A stretch of 64,000 bases of DNA from NCBI RefSeq assembly GCF_032444005.1, contig NC_091286.1, forward strand, positions 660,300,001 to 660,364,000, in the 5' to 3' direction. This DNA is from Ranitomeya imitator (taxonomy: Eukaryota). Every line of letters begins with the position of its first letter. The first letter of the stretch is position 1. Below are positions 25,560-38,393 of the stretch, piece after piece. The notes under the pieces are model-generated. The model had not been told where the DNA came from. It saw nothing but the letters and a program-made list of their open reading frames with translations, and did no database searches. Position numbers and translations under genes: made by a program.

Positions 25560-28237
25560 GGTGAGGTGATTAACGAGGACACAATGGGTGCAGTCTCTTT
25601 ACCTTTACTGAAGGCTTCAGCATCCACAGTCCAGAGTGCCGGATGACAAGGTAGGCAGAGTCCGGCCGGTCCGATGGCAATTCCAGAGTCCCATTATCTT
25701 GGTGGAAATCAGTAGCCTTCCCCTTGCGCACAGTAACGTAGTAGGTCCCTACTTGCATTAGCTCCCATAGGATCCTCACTCTTGTTACTCTTCTCTCTGT
25801 CCCCCAGATGGATAGGACAAACCCGTATGACGGTGGTGGCCTGAGGCTATTTTATAGGGACCCTAGCATCGCCCCTCCTCCGCGTTGCCACCTTGTCTGC
25901 TTAGGTTCTTAGGTCGGACAGCCAACTTGGAATCAACTGTCCTGCCGGTCTCTGAAGTAAAGCGTTGAGTCTATTACTCCCTCGGTGTTCCGGCCACCGG
26001 ATCTGCGCTCAGTGGGAGGCAGCCTGCTTCTAGCTGGTCTGTTATGATCTGGTGGCCTTGGAGCAGCATGAGACGTCCTCTGGAGAAGGTGGTCCCTGTA
26101 CTGACCGCAAACCCTGAACCTAGCAGCGCAACTAGAAGTAGCCGTGGGGGGTACCTAACACTCCCTAGACCCCTCGGCACAGCCTAAGATCTAACTATCC
26201 CTAAAGACAGAAACAGGAAACCTATCTTGCCTCAGAGAAAATCCCCAAAGGATAGATAGCCCCCCACAAATATTGACTGTGAGAGGAGAGGGAAATAACA
26301 TACGCAGATATGAAATCAGATTTTAGCATAGGAGGCCATACTAGCTAAAAAGAAAGAATAGAACAGAGTACTATGCTGTCAGTATAAAAACACTAGAAAA
26401 TATCCACCGCAGAAAATACGGATCACCACATCTGACTAAAGACATGGGGGGCATATCTGCATCTCCAGAGAAATAGCTAGGCTGCAAAAAATCCTTCACA
26501 GACCAAGCTGGACAAGACAAAAACATGAAAATGCACAGAACTATAAGGTCCACAGCAGGTGGACAGCAAAAACAAAGCCAGGACTTATCTTTGTAGAAAA
26601 GCACAGCAAACTGGAGAGACCAGCAGGGAAGTGAATCCTTCCAGAACAATGGACAACTGGCACTGACTAAAGGATCCTGCAAAGCTATATACCCCAGTCA
26701 GTTTTGCAATTAGTAGATACACCTGTCCACTCCTGCAGTCCAGGCACAACTGCATTACCCTCTACAACCACCGGAGGGAGCCCAAAAGCTGAATTCACAA
26801 CACTGGTCTCCCACTGGTGTTATACTCCTGTTGCTACGACTTCTGTGCTCACTCACTACGGCACACTTCCTTTCTTGTCCTTTCCTAGGAGGCTGCCGCA
26901 TGGGTTGCAGGCGCAGCTCCGAGTCCTTCTTTCCCTTTCCTGGGCCGAGCCCAGTCTGCTCCTCTCTTCTCCTCCTCCTGGCTCCTTCTCCTTCTAACTC
27001 CAGCCAGCTTCTCTCTCACTTCCTAACCAACCCCCAGTTTTACCCAAGTGTGGGGAGTGGCCTAATAGATAGAACCTTTTGCTCCCTCTGGTGGCCGGCG
27101 TGTGAAGTGTGTGTGTGGCTGTGATACCTGGCAGGGTGAACTCATTTTGGTGCCATCAGACGTAACATCGCTCCCCCTGGTGGAAGAACGACTTTACTGC
27201 AACGACCAGGACTCTGGGGCGCTGCACTCCCCCCCCCCGTTAACTCCAGCACTCCCGGACTGGGAAAGGAACACAACGATTACAGGTTAGCAAAAGACAT
27301 GCAAAATTTTTGGAATGCTTTAAACAAATAAATTAACAATGCTTCCCTTTATGGGAGGTGAGAACACTTGAACGTTGCAAACAAAAAGATATTTTCATTG
27401 TGTGTATTACCCTTTAAGGCAAAAGTAGAAAAATAACAATTACTAACTTACTATGGCATACAATTACCCATACAGGTATTCTATCTACTAAGTGCAATTA
27501 CCCTCTAAGGGTATACTATCATTAACCCTTAATGTGCAATTTAACATTTTTCTTTATTCTTCTTCTTCACATGCAGGACTATCTGTCTACCCCACGAGCC
27601 CACTGCATCTTTTCTTCCTAAAACCTTACTTTTATTTAAAGTACGTCATTAACATTCTATCACTATCTAGATACATATCATCAGCTATGTAAACATTATA
27701 AAGGTGCAACGACCGAACATTCCCTTTAAGAGAGAAACTAGTCGTTTCTGAGGTAGTGCAAACAATCAACAAGTCACTAATAAACTTTAAGACAAGAGAA
27801 ACTTTCACGTCGCCATCAGGAACAGTTTCTTCGCAAAGTCTTCTTGCTTGTAAAACCAGTAGAGAGCACCCTTAAGAAGGTGCAAACAGAGGACAGTTCG
27901 GGAACCATTCACCGTCCATGATTCCAATGTTCCTTTAAAACCATGATGAACTTTTGTGCAAACTGGAACAAAATAGGGATCCCGGGTAAACTAAGGGCTC
28001 CTTCTCCTTCTAACTCCAGCCAGCTTCTCTCTCACTTCCTAACCAACCCCCAGTTTTACCCAAGTGTGAGGAGTGGCCTAATAGAACCTTTTGCTCCCCC
28101 TGGTGGCAGGCGTGTGAATTGTGTGTGTGGCTGTGATACCTGGCAGGGTGAACTCCTTTGGTGCCATCAGACGTAACATCGCTCCCCCTGGTGGAAGAAC
28201 GACATTACTGCAACGACCAGGACTCTGGGGCGCTGCA
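25560..28237 (-). mobile_element. Internally deleted LTR retrotransposon (partial LTR, internal 3' region with PPT, second LTR)
   Basis: LTR start tgcagcgccccagagtcctggtcgttgcag on the minus strand at 28237 and 27226; G-run PPT at 27227-27238; LTR similar to the solo LTR at 41561-42715; no coding remnant recognised. Confidence 0.7.
26040..26802 (-). mobile_element. Solo LTR related to the Gypsy LTR at 13251-14038, nested in another LTR
   Basis: TGTTGTGAATTC...CATAACA on the minus strand; shares blocks such as cttgcctcagagaaa and ccccccacaaatattgactgtgag; 6-bp TSD ctggtc (26034-26039 and 26803-26808). Confidence 0.9.
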
Positions 28238-29293
28238 CTATGATGCTGAAATCTCCCAGCATTGCCTGCTTGTTCTGTATCTGAGATTTGCATTCTGGAA
28301 TGTGCCCCTTTTGCATCCTAATACTGTGTCCAATAATGTGAAGCAGGACACACAACCCTGCTTTATAACAGATCAGATAATCTATGGGGAAATCTGAAAT
28401 TAAGTTTACATGTACTTGACACTAGCAACCAACAGAATTGTGAGTGCAGCTCTGGAATATAATGCAATCTGTTGTTGAGATTGAATGAAGTAATAACTAA
28501 TTGCATTGATGTGTACAATGATAACCTTACAAGATGGGTTAAGCCCTTGAATAAGTATGAGAAGTGCTTTACATTGGTTTTCAGAGTCCGTGTCCACTTG
28601 TCCTGTATGGATGATAAATGATAGAGTGGTCTATTGCTCAATGTGGACGACCCCTTGGGGATTAGCAGATCAGGGGTGTTGCTCACAAAACAGTGTATTC
28701 TTCATGCACTAATGTCAGGCGGCTGCTGTACTTTCCTGGTAAATATGTTATTGGATATATGTAATCTGCACATTTCACTACCCCAGATACTAACCCCGCA
28801 CCCAGGTGTAATCCACAGCCTAATCTTACAGGACGTGGACTTGTGTACCAAACCGCCTGGGACACAGCGAGATAAATCCGTCCCTAGAAATATGTATCGC
28901 GGTCACCTCCCGTCATTACCAGCTGTCGGCATGTTTATTGTTTTTCTTTTTTATTATAATCTGTTAATTGATGTTTTTTGATACCTACAACTTTATTAAC
29001 TATCGGAGTCGTATGAACATGTACAGAAGTAGACGCAGCCACAGAAAACGGCTTAATCCCTTCCCATGTGGGAATTTTTTCTTTTTGCACTTAAGTTTTT
29101 TCCTCCCCTTCTTCCAAGAACCATTCTGACTTTTTTTTTTGTAGTTGTAGATTTGAATGACACCATGCACTTTACCATATAATATACTGAAAAAAAAAAA
29201 ACAGGAAGAAAATAAAAGTGGAGTCAAAGGGTTAAAAGACCTCTGCAATTTTGCCACTTTTTTTCTCAGAGGCGGTAAAACTGAGCTAATAAC

Positions 29294-29420
29294 TAGTGAT
29301 GAGCGGATCCTTGGAAATCCGGGTTCGTTGGGTTTGGACTAAAGTTCGGTTCGGGTACAAGAACTGTACCTGAACTTGAACAGAATCCGAATCTCATAGA
29401 AATGAATGTGATCCCGCCGA
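29294..29420. mobile_element. hAT MITE left-end fragment
   Basis: TAGTGATGAGCGG TIR followed by gttcggttcgggt subterminal motifs similar to 58623-59155. Confidence 0.55.
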
Positions 29421-29994
29421 GGTTTTCATGCAGAAGACCGCCCAGAAAACATCTTTTGTATCATTTTTTGAGTTGTTTCCTGAGTTTTTTTTGACAGTTT
29501 TGGCCACCATTATTTGTTTTTTTCGAGGCTTTGCCCATGGTTTTTGTGACGTCTTTTCTACTAACATTTTCCAGTTGTATTTTTCGTTCCATTGTATAAT
29601 GAAGAAACCACAAGCAGTTTTTCTTAAAAAAACAAAAACGATAGTAAAGTGCTCCAAAACAGACATAGTTTGAGCTTTCCCATCGACTTATATTGTAAAG
29701 TACAGGTCATCTTTGGAGCGGAAAGCGCCAGAAGAATGGATGTCACTTACGGTGTTTCAAATGCTTGGTGTTCGACAGATGTTCAAAAGCCTGAGGATAT
29801 GCACAGCAAGTAGTTCTTACAGAGAAATATATATGTTCGCTTTTTTGATCATTCTATGATAGTCTTTATTGATAATTTCCATGGCGGAATTCACATGTGC
29901 ACATAGCGTGATGTGGATTTAAATGTATATATATATATATATACTAGATGGTGGCCCGATTCTAACGCATCAGGTATTCTAGAATATGCATGTC

Positions 29995-32900
29995 CACGTA
30001 GTATATTGCACAGCCCATGTAGTATATTGCCCAGCCACGTAGTATATTGCCCAGCCACGTAGTATACAGCATAGAGCCACGTAGTATATTGCACAGCCCA
30101 TGTAGTATATTGCCCAGCTACGTAGTATATTGCCCAGCCACGTAGTATACAGCATAGAGCCACGTAGTATATTGCCCAGTCACGTAATATATTGCCCAGC
30201 TACGTAGTATATTGGCCAGTCACGTAGTATATTGCCCAGTCACGTAGTATATTGCCCAGCCACGTAGTATATTGCCCAGCCACGTAGTATATTGCACAGC
30301 CACGTAGTATACAGCACACAGCCACGTAGTATATTGCCCAGCCATGTAGTATATTGCCCAGTCACATCGTATATTGCCCAGTCACATCGTATATTGCCCA
30401 GTCACCTAGTATATTGCCCAGCCACGTAGTATATTGCACAGCCACGTAGTATATTGCCTAGTCACGTAGTATACAGCACAGAGCCACGTAGTATATTGCC
30501 CAGTCACGTAGTATATTGCCCAGTGACGTAGTATATTGCCCAGCCACGTAGTGTATTGCCCAGCTACATAGTATATTGCCCAGCCACATAGTATATTGCC
30601 TAGTCACGTAGTATACAGCACAGAGCCACGTAGTATATTGCCCAGTCACGTAGTATATTGCCCATCCACGTAGTATATTGCCCAGTGACGTAGTATATTG
30701 CCCAGCTATATAGTATATTGCCCAGCCACGTAGTATACAGCACAGAGCCACGTAGTATATTGCCCAGCCACGTAGTATATTGCCCAGCCACGTAATATAT
30801 TGTACAGCCACGTAGTATATTGCCTAGTCACGTAGTATACAGCACAGAGCCACGTAGTATATTGCCCAGTCACATAGTATATTGCCCAGCCACGTAGTAT
30901 ATTGCCCAGTCACGTAGTATACAGCACAGAGCCACGTAGTATATTGCCCAGTCACGTAGTATATTGCCCAGCTACGTAGTATATTGCCCAGCCACGTAGT
31001 ATATTGCCCAGCTACATAGTATATTGCCCAGCCACATAGTATATTGCCTAGTCACATAGTATACAGCACAGAGCCACGTAGTATATTGCCCAGTCACGTA
31101 GTATATTGCCCATCCACGTAGTATATTGCCCAGTGACGTAGTATATTGCCCAGCTATATAGTATATTGCCCAGCCACGTAGTATACAGCACAGAGCCACG
31201 TAGTATATTGCCCATCCACGTAGTATATTGCCCAGTGACGTAGTATATTGCCCAGCTATGTAGTATACAGCACAGAGCCACGTAGTATATTGCCCAGTCA
31301 CATAGTATATTGCCCAGCCACGTAGTATATTGCCCAGTCACGTAGTATACAGCACAGAGCCACGTAGTATATTGCCCAGTCACGTAGTATATTGCCCAGC
31401 TACGTAGTATATTGCCCAGCCACGTAGTATATTGCCCATCCACGTAGTATATTGCCCAGTGACGTAGTATATTGCCCAGCCATGTAGTATATTGCCCAGC
31501 CACGTAATATATTGTACAGCCACGTAGTATATTGCCCAGCCACATAGTATACAGCACAGAGCCACATAGTATATTGCCCAGTCACGTAGTATATTGCCCA
31601 GCCACGTAGTATACAGCACAGAGCCATGTAGTATATTGCCCAGGCACGTAGTATATTGCCCAGCCACGTAGTATATTGCCCAGTCACGTAGTATATTGCC
31701 CAGTCATGTAGTATATTGCCCAGCCACGTAGTATACAGCACAGAGCCACGTAGTATATTGCCCAGCCACATAGTATATTACCCAGCCACGTAGTATAGTA
31801 ACATAGTAACATAGTTAGTAAGGCCGAAAAAAGACATTTGTCCATCCAGTTCAGCCTATATTCCATCATAATAAATCCCCAGATCTACGTCCTTCTACAG
31901 AACCTAATAATTGTATGATACAATATTGTTCTGCTCCAGGATGACATCCAGGCCTCTCTTGAACCCCTCGACTGAGTTCGCCATCACCACCTCCTCAGGC
32001 AAGCAATTCCAGATTCTCACTGCCCTAACAGTAAAGAATCCTCTTCTATGTTGGTGGAAAAACCTTCTCTCCTCCAGACGCAAAGAATGCCCCCTTGTGC
32101 CCGTCACCTTCCTTGGTATAAACAGATCCTCAGCGAGATATTTGTATTGTCCCCTTATATACTTATACATGGTTATTAGATCGCCCCTCAGTCGTCTTTT
32201 TTCTAGACTAAATAATCCTAATTTCGCTAATCTATCTGGGTATTGTAGTTCTCCCATCCCCTTTATTAATTTTGTTGCCCTCCTTTGTACTCTCTCTAGT
32301 TCCATTATATCCTTCCTGAGCACCGGTGCCCAATACTGGACACAGTACTCCATGTGCGGTCTAACTAGGGATTTGTACAGAGGCAGTATAATGCTCTCAT
32401 CATGTGTATCCAGACCTCTTTTAATGCACCCCATGATCCTGTTTGCCTTGGCAGCTGCTGCCTGGCACTGGCTGCTCCAGGTAAGTTTATCATTAACTAG
32501 GATCCCCAAGTCCTTCTCCCTGTCAGATTTACCCAGTGGTTTCCCATTCAGTGTGTAATGGTGACATTGATTCCTTCTTCCCATGTGTATAACCTTACAT
32601 TTATCATTGTTAAACCTCATCTGCCACCTTTCAGCCCAAGTTTCCAACTTATCCAGATCCATCTGTAGCAGAATATTATCTTCTCTTGTATTAACTGCTT
32701 TACATAGTTTTGTATCATCTGCAAATATCGATATTTTACTGTGTAAACCTTCTACCAGATCATTAATGAATATGTTGAAGAGAACAGGTCCCAATACTGA
32801 CCCCTGCGGTACCCCACTGGTCACAGCGACCCAGTTAGAGACTATACCATTTATAACCACCCTCTGCTTTCTATCACTAAGCCAGTTACTAACCCATTTA

Positions 32901-33290
32901 CACACATTTTCCCCCAGACCAAGCATTCTCATTTTGTGTACCAACCTCTTGTGCGGCACGGTATCAAACGCTTTGGAAAAATCGAGATATACCACGTCCA
33001 ATGACTCACCATGGTCCAGCCTATAGCTTATTATATTGTACAGCCACGTAGTATATTGCCCAGCCACGTAGTGTACAGCACAGAGCCATGTAGTATATTG
33101 CCCAGTCATGTAGTATATTGCCCAGTCACGTAGTATATTGCCCAGTCACGTAGTATACAGCACAGAGCCACGTAGTATATTGCCCATCCACGTAGTATAT
33201 TGCCCAGTGACGTGGTATATTGCCCAGCTACGTAGTATATTGCCCAGTCACGTAGTATACAGCACAGAGCCACGTAGTATATTGCCCATC
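29995..33290. repeat. 20/22-bp composite minisatellite inside the Helitron (split by CR1)
   Basis: Units gcccagccacgtagtatatt (20 bp) and gtagtatacagcacagagccac (22 bp); interrupted at 31797-33028. Confidence 0.95.
31797..33028 (-). mobile_element. 5'-truncated CR1 LINE with an uninterrupted RT C-terminal ORF
   Basis: DVVYLDFSKAFDTVPH, SGVPQGSVLGP, FADDTK, CVQYWAP...; about 370 open codons to the natural stop at 31904; (ctatgtta)n-type 3' tail at about 31797-31815. Confidence 0.95.
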
Positions 33291-35334
33291 CACATTTGTC
33301 ACAGGTTAAAAAAAAATAAACATACTCCCCTTTCCGATGACCAGTTGTAGTTCGATCACATGACCGTGACGTCATGGCAGGTTCTTCTCGCGCAGGGCCT
33401 GTGATTACGTCACGGTCCCATGACCGTGACGTCATGGAAGGGCCTTGTCGCGCAGGCGCGCAGGACCTGTGATGACGTCGCGGTCACATAACCGTGACGT
33501 CATGGAAGGTCCTTGTCACGCAGGACCTGTGATGACGCCGCGGTCACATGACCGTGACATCATGGAAGGTCCTTGTTGCATACCATTCTTAGCACCGGAG
33601 CGTCTGGAGGAGCGGGAAAGGCGCCGGAGGGTGAGTATATGTTGATTTTTTATTTTTTAACATTAGATCTTTTTACTATTGACGCTGCATAGGCAGCATC
33701 AATAGTAAAAACTTGGTCACACAGGGTTAATAGCGACGGTAACGGAGTGAGTTACCCGCGGCATAACGCGGTCCGTTACCGCTGGCATTAACCCTGTGTA
33801 AGCGGTGACTGCGGGAGTATGGAGTGGGCGCCGACTGCAGGGGAATAGGGAGAGACTAATCGGACTGTGGCCGTCGCTGATTGGTCGCGGCACCCATGAC
33901 AGGCAGCTGGCGAGACCAATCAGCGACTTGGATTCCATGACAGACAGAGGCCGCGACCAATGAATATCCGTGACAGACAGAAGGACAGACAGACAGAAAG
34001 ACGGAAGTGACCCTTAGACAATTATATAGTAGATACTGTATAGTATATATATATATTTATTTAAAATTTTAGAATTTTATTTTTAAATTCTGAACTTTGT
34101 AAAATAAAAATTTGGTTTCTGTCCCCATTTTCTGAGACCCGTAACTTATTTATTCTTCCATTGAGGAATGTTTTTGTTGGTCAACATACAACATACTTTT
34201 TTTTCGCATTCATTGTACTTTTGGGGGGAGAAGTTCAATGTCCTAAAAACTTGAAGTCTGGTGTTTCCACACCCTTTTTCAGTCTGTAACGTCTTTATAA
34301 TATGATGGACTGATTTCTATAGTCTTGACGATACCAAAGATGTTTAATTTTTTCTTTCTTTATTTTTTAAATGGGAAAAGGAGTGTGATTATTTTTTTTT
34401 ATATATATATAGGATAGTATTGCATTATGTATATTACTGATCACCTGTGAAGCCCAGCCACTGGAAGGACTTCATGGGAGTACTGAGTTGGCAGTAGGGG
34501 ACTTTTATATCAACGCATCAATTCCCGTAATCTTTGCTCCCCAATTTCTCACAGCCATCCATCCCCACGATGGTAACCATGAGACCCTTGTTAAACATTC
34601 ACTATTGGGGCCCAGGAAATTCAAATGACAGCTCTGGAGGACAATTTACAACCTCTCCCAGAACATCCAGGAGGTTCCAGGAAAAAAACTTGACAATCTG
34701 CGGCGCCCACATAAACCACCCAGGTGGTAGCGTTGCCTGAATATTTTTTAGCTCGGTTCCAGCTTTATGAAACTCAGTCCCAGTGTCCAGATGTTACGCA
34801 CCTTCACATAGGCAAGGGAATGTGAAGAATTAATGGGTACGGGAAGCAAATCACATGGTAAATGGAGGTCGTGGTCATTTAAATTAATTTTCATCGGCCC
34901 AATTAGTTGCATCACTCATTCTTCCACATGACCATTTAAAGTCGGCAAGTATGGAAATAGGCCCATGGAAGGGGCTTCATAGGGTAAAAAATAAAAGGTG
35001 AGCAAAGTTTAAAAAATTTGCTTAGGTTTTAATTTTAATCCGAACTGGAAGGAAAATTAAAATCCATCACGACATTTTTGATGCCCTGAGGTCTTTCCAG
35101 ACCCCTAAACAGAGGTGAGAGAAGGGGTTAAAAAAATAATAAAAGATTATACTCAACTTGCCTATGCCGCCACATCACCTGTCCTGCCAGCTTCGCCTGC
35201 CGCCAATCCTCACGCGGTCATGTTATTGCCATGCGCTCCACGTGACCACTCGATTCCTATTCAGGACCAGTAAGCCTGGAGGCCGAAAGATCCGAAGTAA
35301 AGATCGTAGGCTCGGACATGGAGCTGCGGAGGTT

Positions 35335-37960
35335 GGACAGGTGAGGAGTGGGTCTAGGACAGGTGAGGAGCGGGTCTAGGACAGGTGAGCTGCGGAGGTT
35401 GGACAGGTGAGTAGCGGGTCTAGGACAGGTGAGGAGCAGGTCTAGGACAGGTGTGGAGCGGGTCTAGGACAGGTGAGGAGCGGGTCTAGGACAGGTGAGG
35501 AGCTGGTCTAGGACAGGTGTGGAGCGGGTCTAGGACAGGTGAGGAGCGGGTCTAGGACAGGTGAGGAGCTGGTCTAGGACAGGTGAGGAGCGGGTCTAGG
35601 ACAGGTGTGGAGCGGGTCTAGGACAGGTGAGGAGCGGGTCTGGGACAGGTGAGGAGCTGGTCTAGGACAGGTGAGGAGCGGGTCTAGGACAGGTGAGGAG
35701 CGGGTCTGGGACAGGTGAGGAGCGGGTCTAGGACAGGTGAGGAGCGGGTCTAGGACAGGTGAGGAGCAGGTCTAGGACAGGTGAGGAGCGGGTCTAGGAC
35801 AGGTGAGGAGTGGGTCTAGGACAGGTGAGGAGCGGGTCTAGGACAGGTGAGGATCGGGTCTAGGACAGGTGAGGAGCGGGTCTAGGACAGGTGAGGAGCG
35901 GGTCTAGGACAGGTGAGGAGCGGGTCTAGGACAGGTGAGGAGCGGGTCTAGGACAGGTGAGGAGCAGATCTAGGACAGGTGAGGAGCTGGTCTAGGACAG
36001 GTGAGGAGCGGGTCTAGGACAGGTGAGGAGCGGGTCTAGGACAGGTGAGGAGCGGGTCTAGGACAGGTGAGGAGCGGGTCTAGGACAGGTGAGGAGCAGA
36101 TCTAGGACAGGTGAGGAGCTGGTCTAGGACAGGTGAGGAGCGGGTCTAGGACAGGTGAGCTGCGGAGGTTGGACAGGTGAGTAGCGGGTCTAGGACAGGT
36201 GAGGAGCAGGTCTAGGACAGGTGTGGAGCGGGTCTGGGACAGGTGAGGAGCTGGTCTAGGACAGGTGAGGAGCTGGTCTGGGACAGGTGAGGAGCGGGTC
36301 TAGGACAGGTGTGGAGCGGGTCTAGGACAGGTGTGGAGCGGGTCTAGGACAGGTGAGGAGCGGGTCTAGGACAGGTGAGGAGCAGGTCTGGGACAGGTGA
36401 GGAGCTGGTCTAGGACAGGTGAGGAGCTGGTCTGGGACAGGTGAGGAGCGGGTCTGGGACAGGTGAGGAGCGGGTCTGGGACAGGTGAGGAGCGGGTCTA
36501 GGACAGGTGAGGAGCGGGTCTAGGACAGGTGAGGAGCGGGTCTAGGACAGGTGAGGAGCGGGTCTAGGACAGGTGAGGAGCGGGTCTAGGACAGGTGAGG
36601 ATCGGGTCTAGGACAGGTGAGGAGCAGATCTAGGACAGGTGAGGAGCTGGTCTAGGACAGGTGAGGAGCGGGTCTAGGACAGGTGAGGAGCAGATCTAGG
36701 ACAGGTGAGGAGCTGGTCTAGGACAGGTGAGGAGCGGGTCTAGGACAGGTGAGGAGCATATCTAGGACAGGTGAGGAGCTGGTCTAGGACAGGTGAGGAG
36801 CGGGTCTAGGACAGGTGAGGAGCGGGTCTAGGACAGGTGAGGAGCGGGTCTGGGACAGGTGAGGAGCGGGTCTAGGACAGGTGAGGAGCGGGTCTAGGAC
36901 AGGTGAGGAGCGGGTCTAGGACAGGTGAGGAGCAGATCTAGGACAGGTGAGGAGCTGGTCTAGGACAGGTGAGGAGCGGGTCTAGGACAGGTGAGGAGCA
37001 TATCTAGGACAGGTGAGGAGCTGGTCTAGGACAGGTGAGGAGCGGGTCTAGGACAGGTGAGGAGCGGGTTTAGGACAGGTGAGGAGCGGGTCTAGGACAG
37101 GTGAGGAGCATATCTAGGACAGGTGAGGAGCTGGTCTAGGACAGGTGAGGAGCGGGTCTAGGACAGGTGAGGAGCTGTCTAGGACAGGTGAGGAGCTGGT
37201 CTAGGACAGGTGAGGAGCGGGTCTAGGACAGGTGAGGAGCGGGTCTAGGACAGGTGAGGAGCGGGTCTAGGACAGGTGAGGAGCGGGTCTAGGACAGGTG
37301 AGGAGCAGATCTAGGACAGGTGAGGAGCTGGTCTAGGACAGGTGAGGAGCGGGTCTAGGACAGGTGAGGAGCATATCTAGGACAGGTGAGGAGCGGGTCT
37401 AGGACAGGTGAGGAGCGGGTCTAGGACAGGTGAGGAGCGGGTCTAGGACAGGTGAGGAGCGGGTCTAGGACAGGTGAGGATCGGGTCTAGGACAGGTGAG
37501 GATCGGGTCTAGGACAGGTGAGGAGCGGGTCTAGGACAGGTGAGGAGCGGGTCTAGGACAGGTGAGGATCGGGTCTAGGACAGGTGAGGAGCGGGTCTAG
37601 GACAGGTGAGGAGCGGGTCTAGGACAGGTGAGGAGCGGGTCTAGGACAGGTGAGGAGCAGATCTAGGACAGGTGAGGAGCTGGTCTAGGACAGGTGAGGA
37701 GCGGGTCTAGGACAGGTGAGGAGCATATCTAGGACAGGTGAGGAGCTGGTCTAGGACAGGTGAGGAGCTGGTCTAGGACAGGTGAGGAGCGGGTCTAGGA
37801 CAGGTGAGGAGCGGGTTTAGGACAGGTGAGGAGCGGGTCTAGGACAGGTGAGGAGCGGGTCTAGGACAGGTGAGGAGCATATCTAGGACAGGTGAGGAGC
37901 TGGTCTAGGACAGGTGAGGAGCGGGTCTAGGACAGGTGAGGAGCTGTCTAGGACAGGTGA
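35335..37960. repeat. 22-bp purine/G-rich minisatellite, about 119 copies
   Basis: Unit gacaggtgaggagcgggtctag with variants (cagatc, ctggtc, catatc). Confidence 0.98.
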
Positions 37961-38393
37961 ATATGATTGTTTACTATTTTTTCAAACCCTTTCCTAACCC
38001 ACAAATGAAGCCAGTAAAATGGAGTTGGCCGGCCGCCATTTTGCTGCATTTTTTGCTAATCGAATCAGTAAATAATAATTTTTGAGGGATGAATCTGAAT
38101 TTTTCCAGAAATTGGTGATGGATTCATCTCTAGAAAAAAATAAATAAATGTACACCAAACTCATCTATCATCAGTGGCAATTCTGCATAATAATGGAGGC
38201 CATTTCTATCTTTTGCCTTTTTTCTGATAGGACTATGAAAAAAAAACTTTGCAATGCAGCTCCGAAAAATTAAACCACAATCTCGGCTCTGCTGCATCCA
38301 TAATTGGAGATGTGTTCGTTGATAGGTAGCGACTAAAATGCGTTTTACTCTGGGCCACTATTATGTTAATAAAATTGCCTCAGGGACAAATGA

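Larger units (their letters stand above)
29944..34033 (-). mobile_element. Non-autonomous Helitron
   Basis: Minus strand starts A|TCTACTATATAATTG (34033) and ends with hairpin cctgatgcgttagaatcggg plus ccaccatCTAG|T (29944); A|T insertion site; no TSD. Confidence 0.85.

Noticed and set aside
31911-33026. Plus-strand ORFs of 215 and 147 aa
   Set aside because: They are antisense shadows of the CR1 RT.
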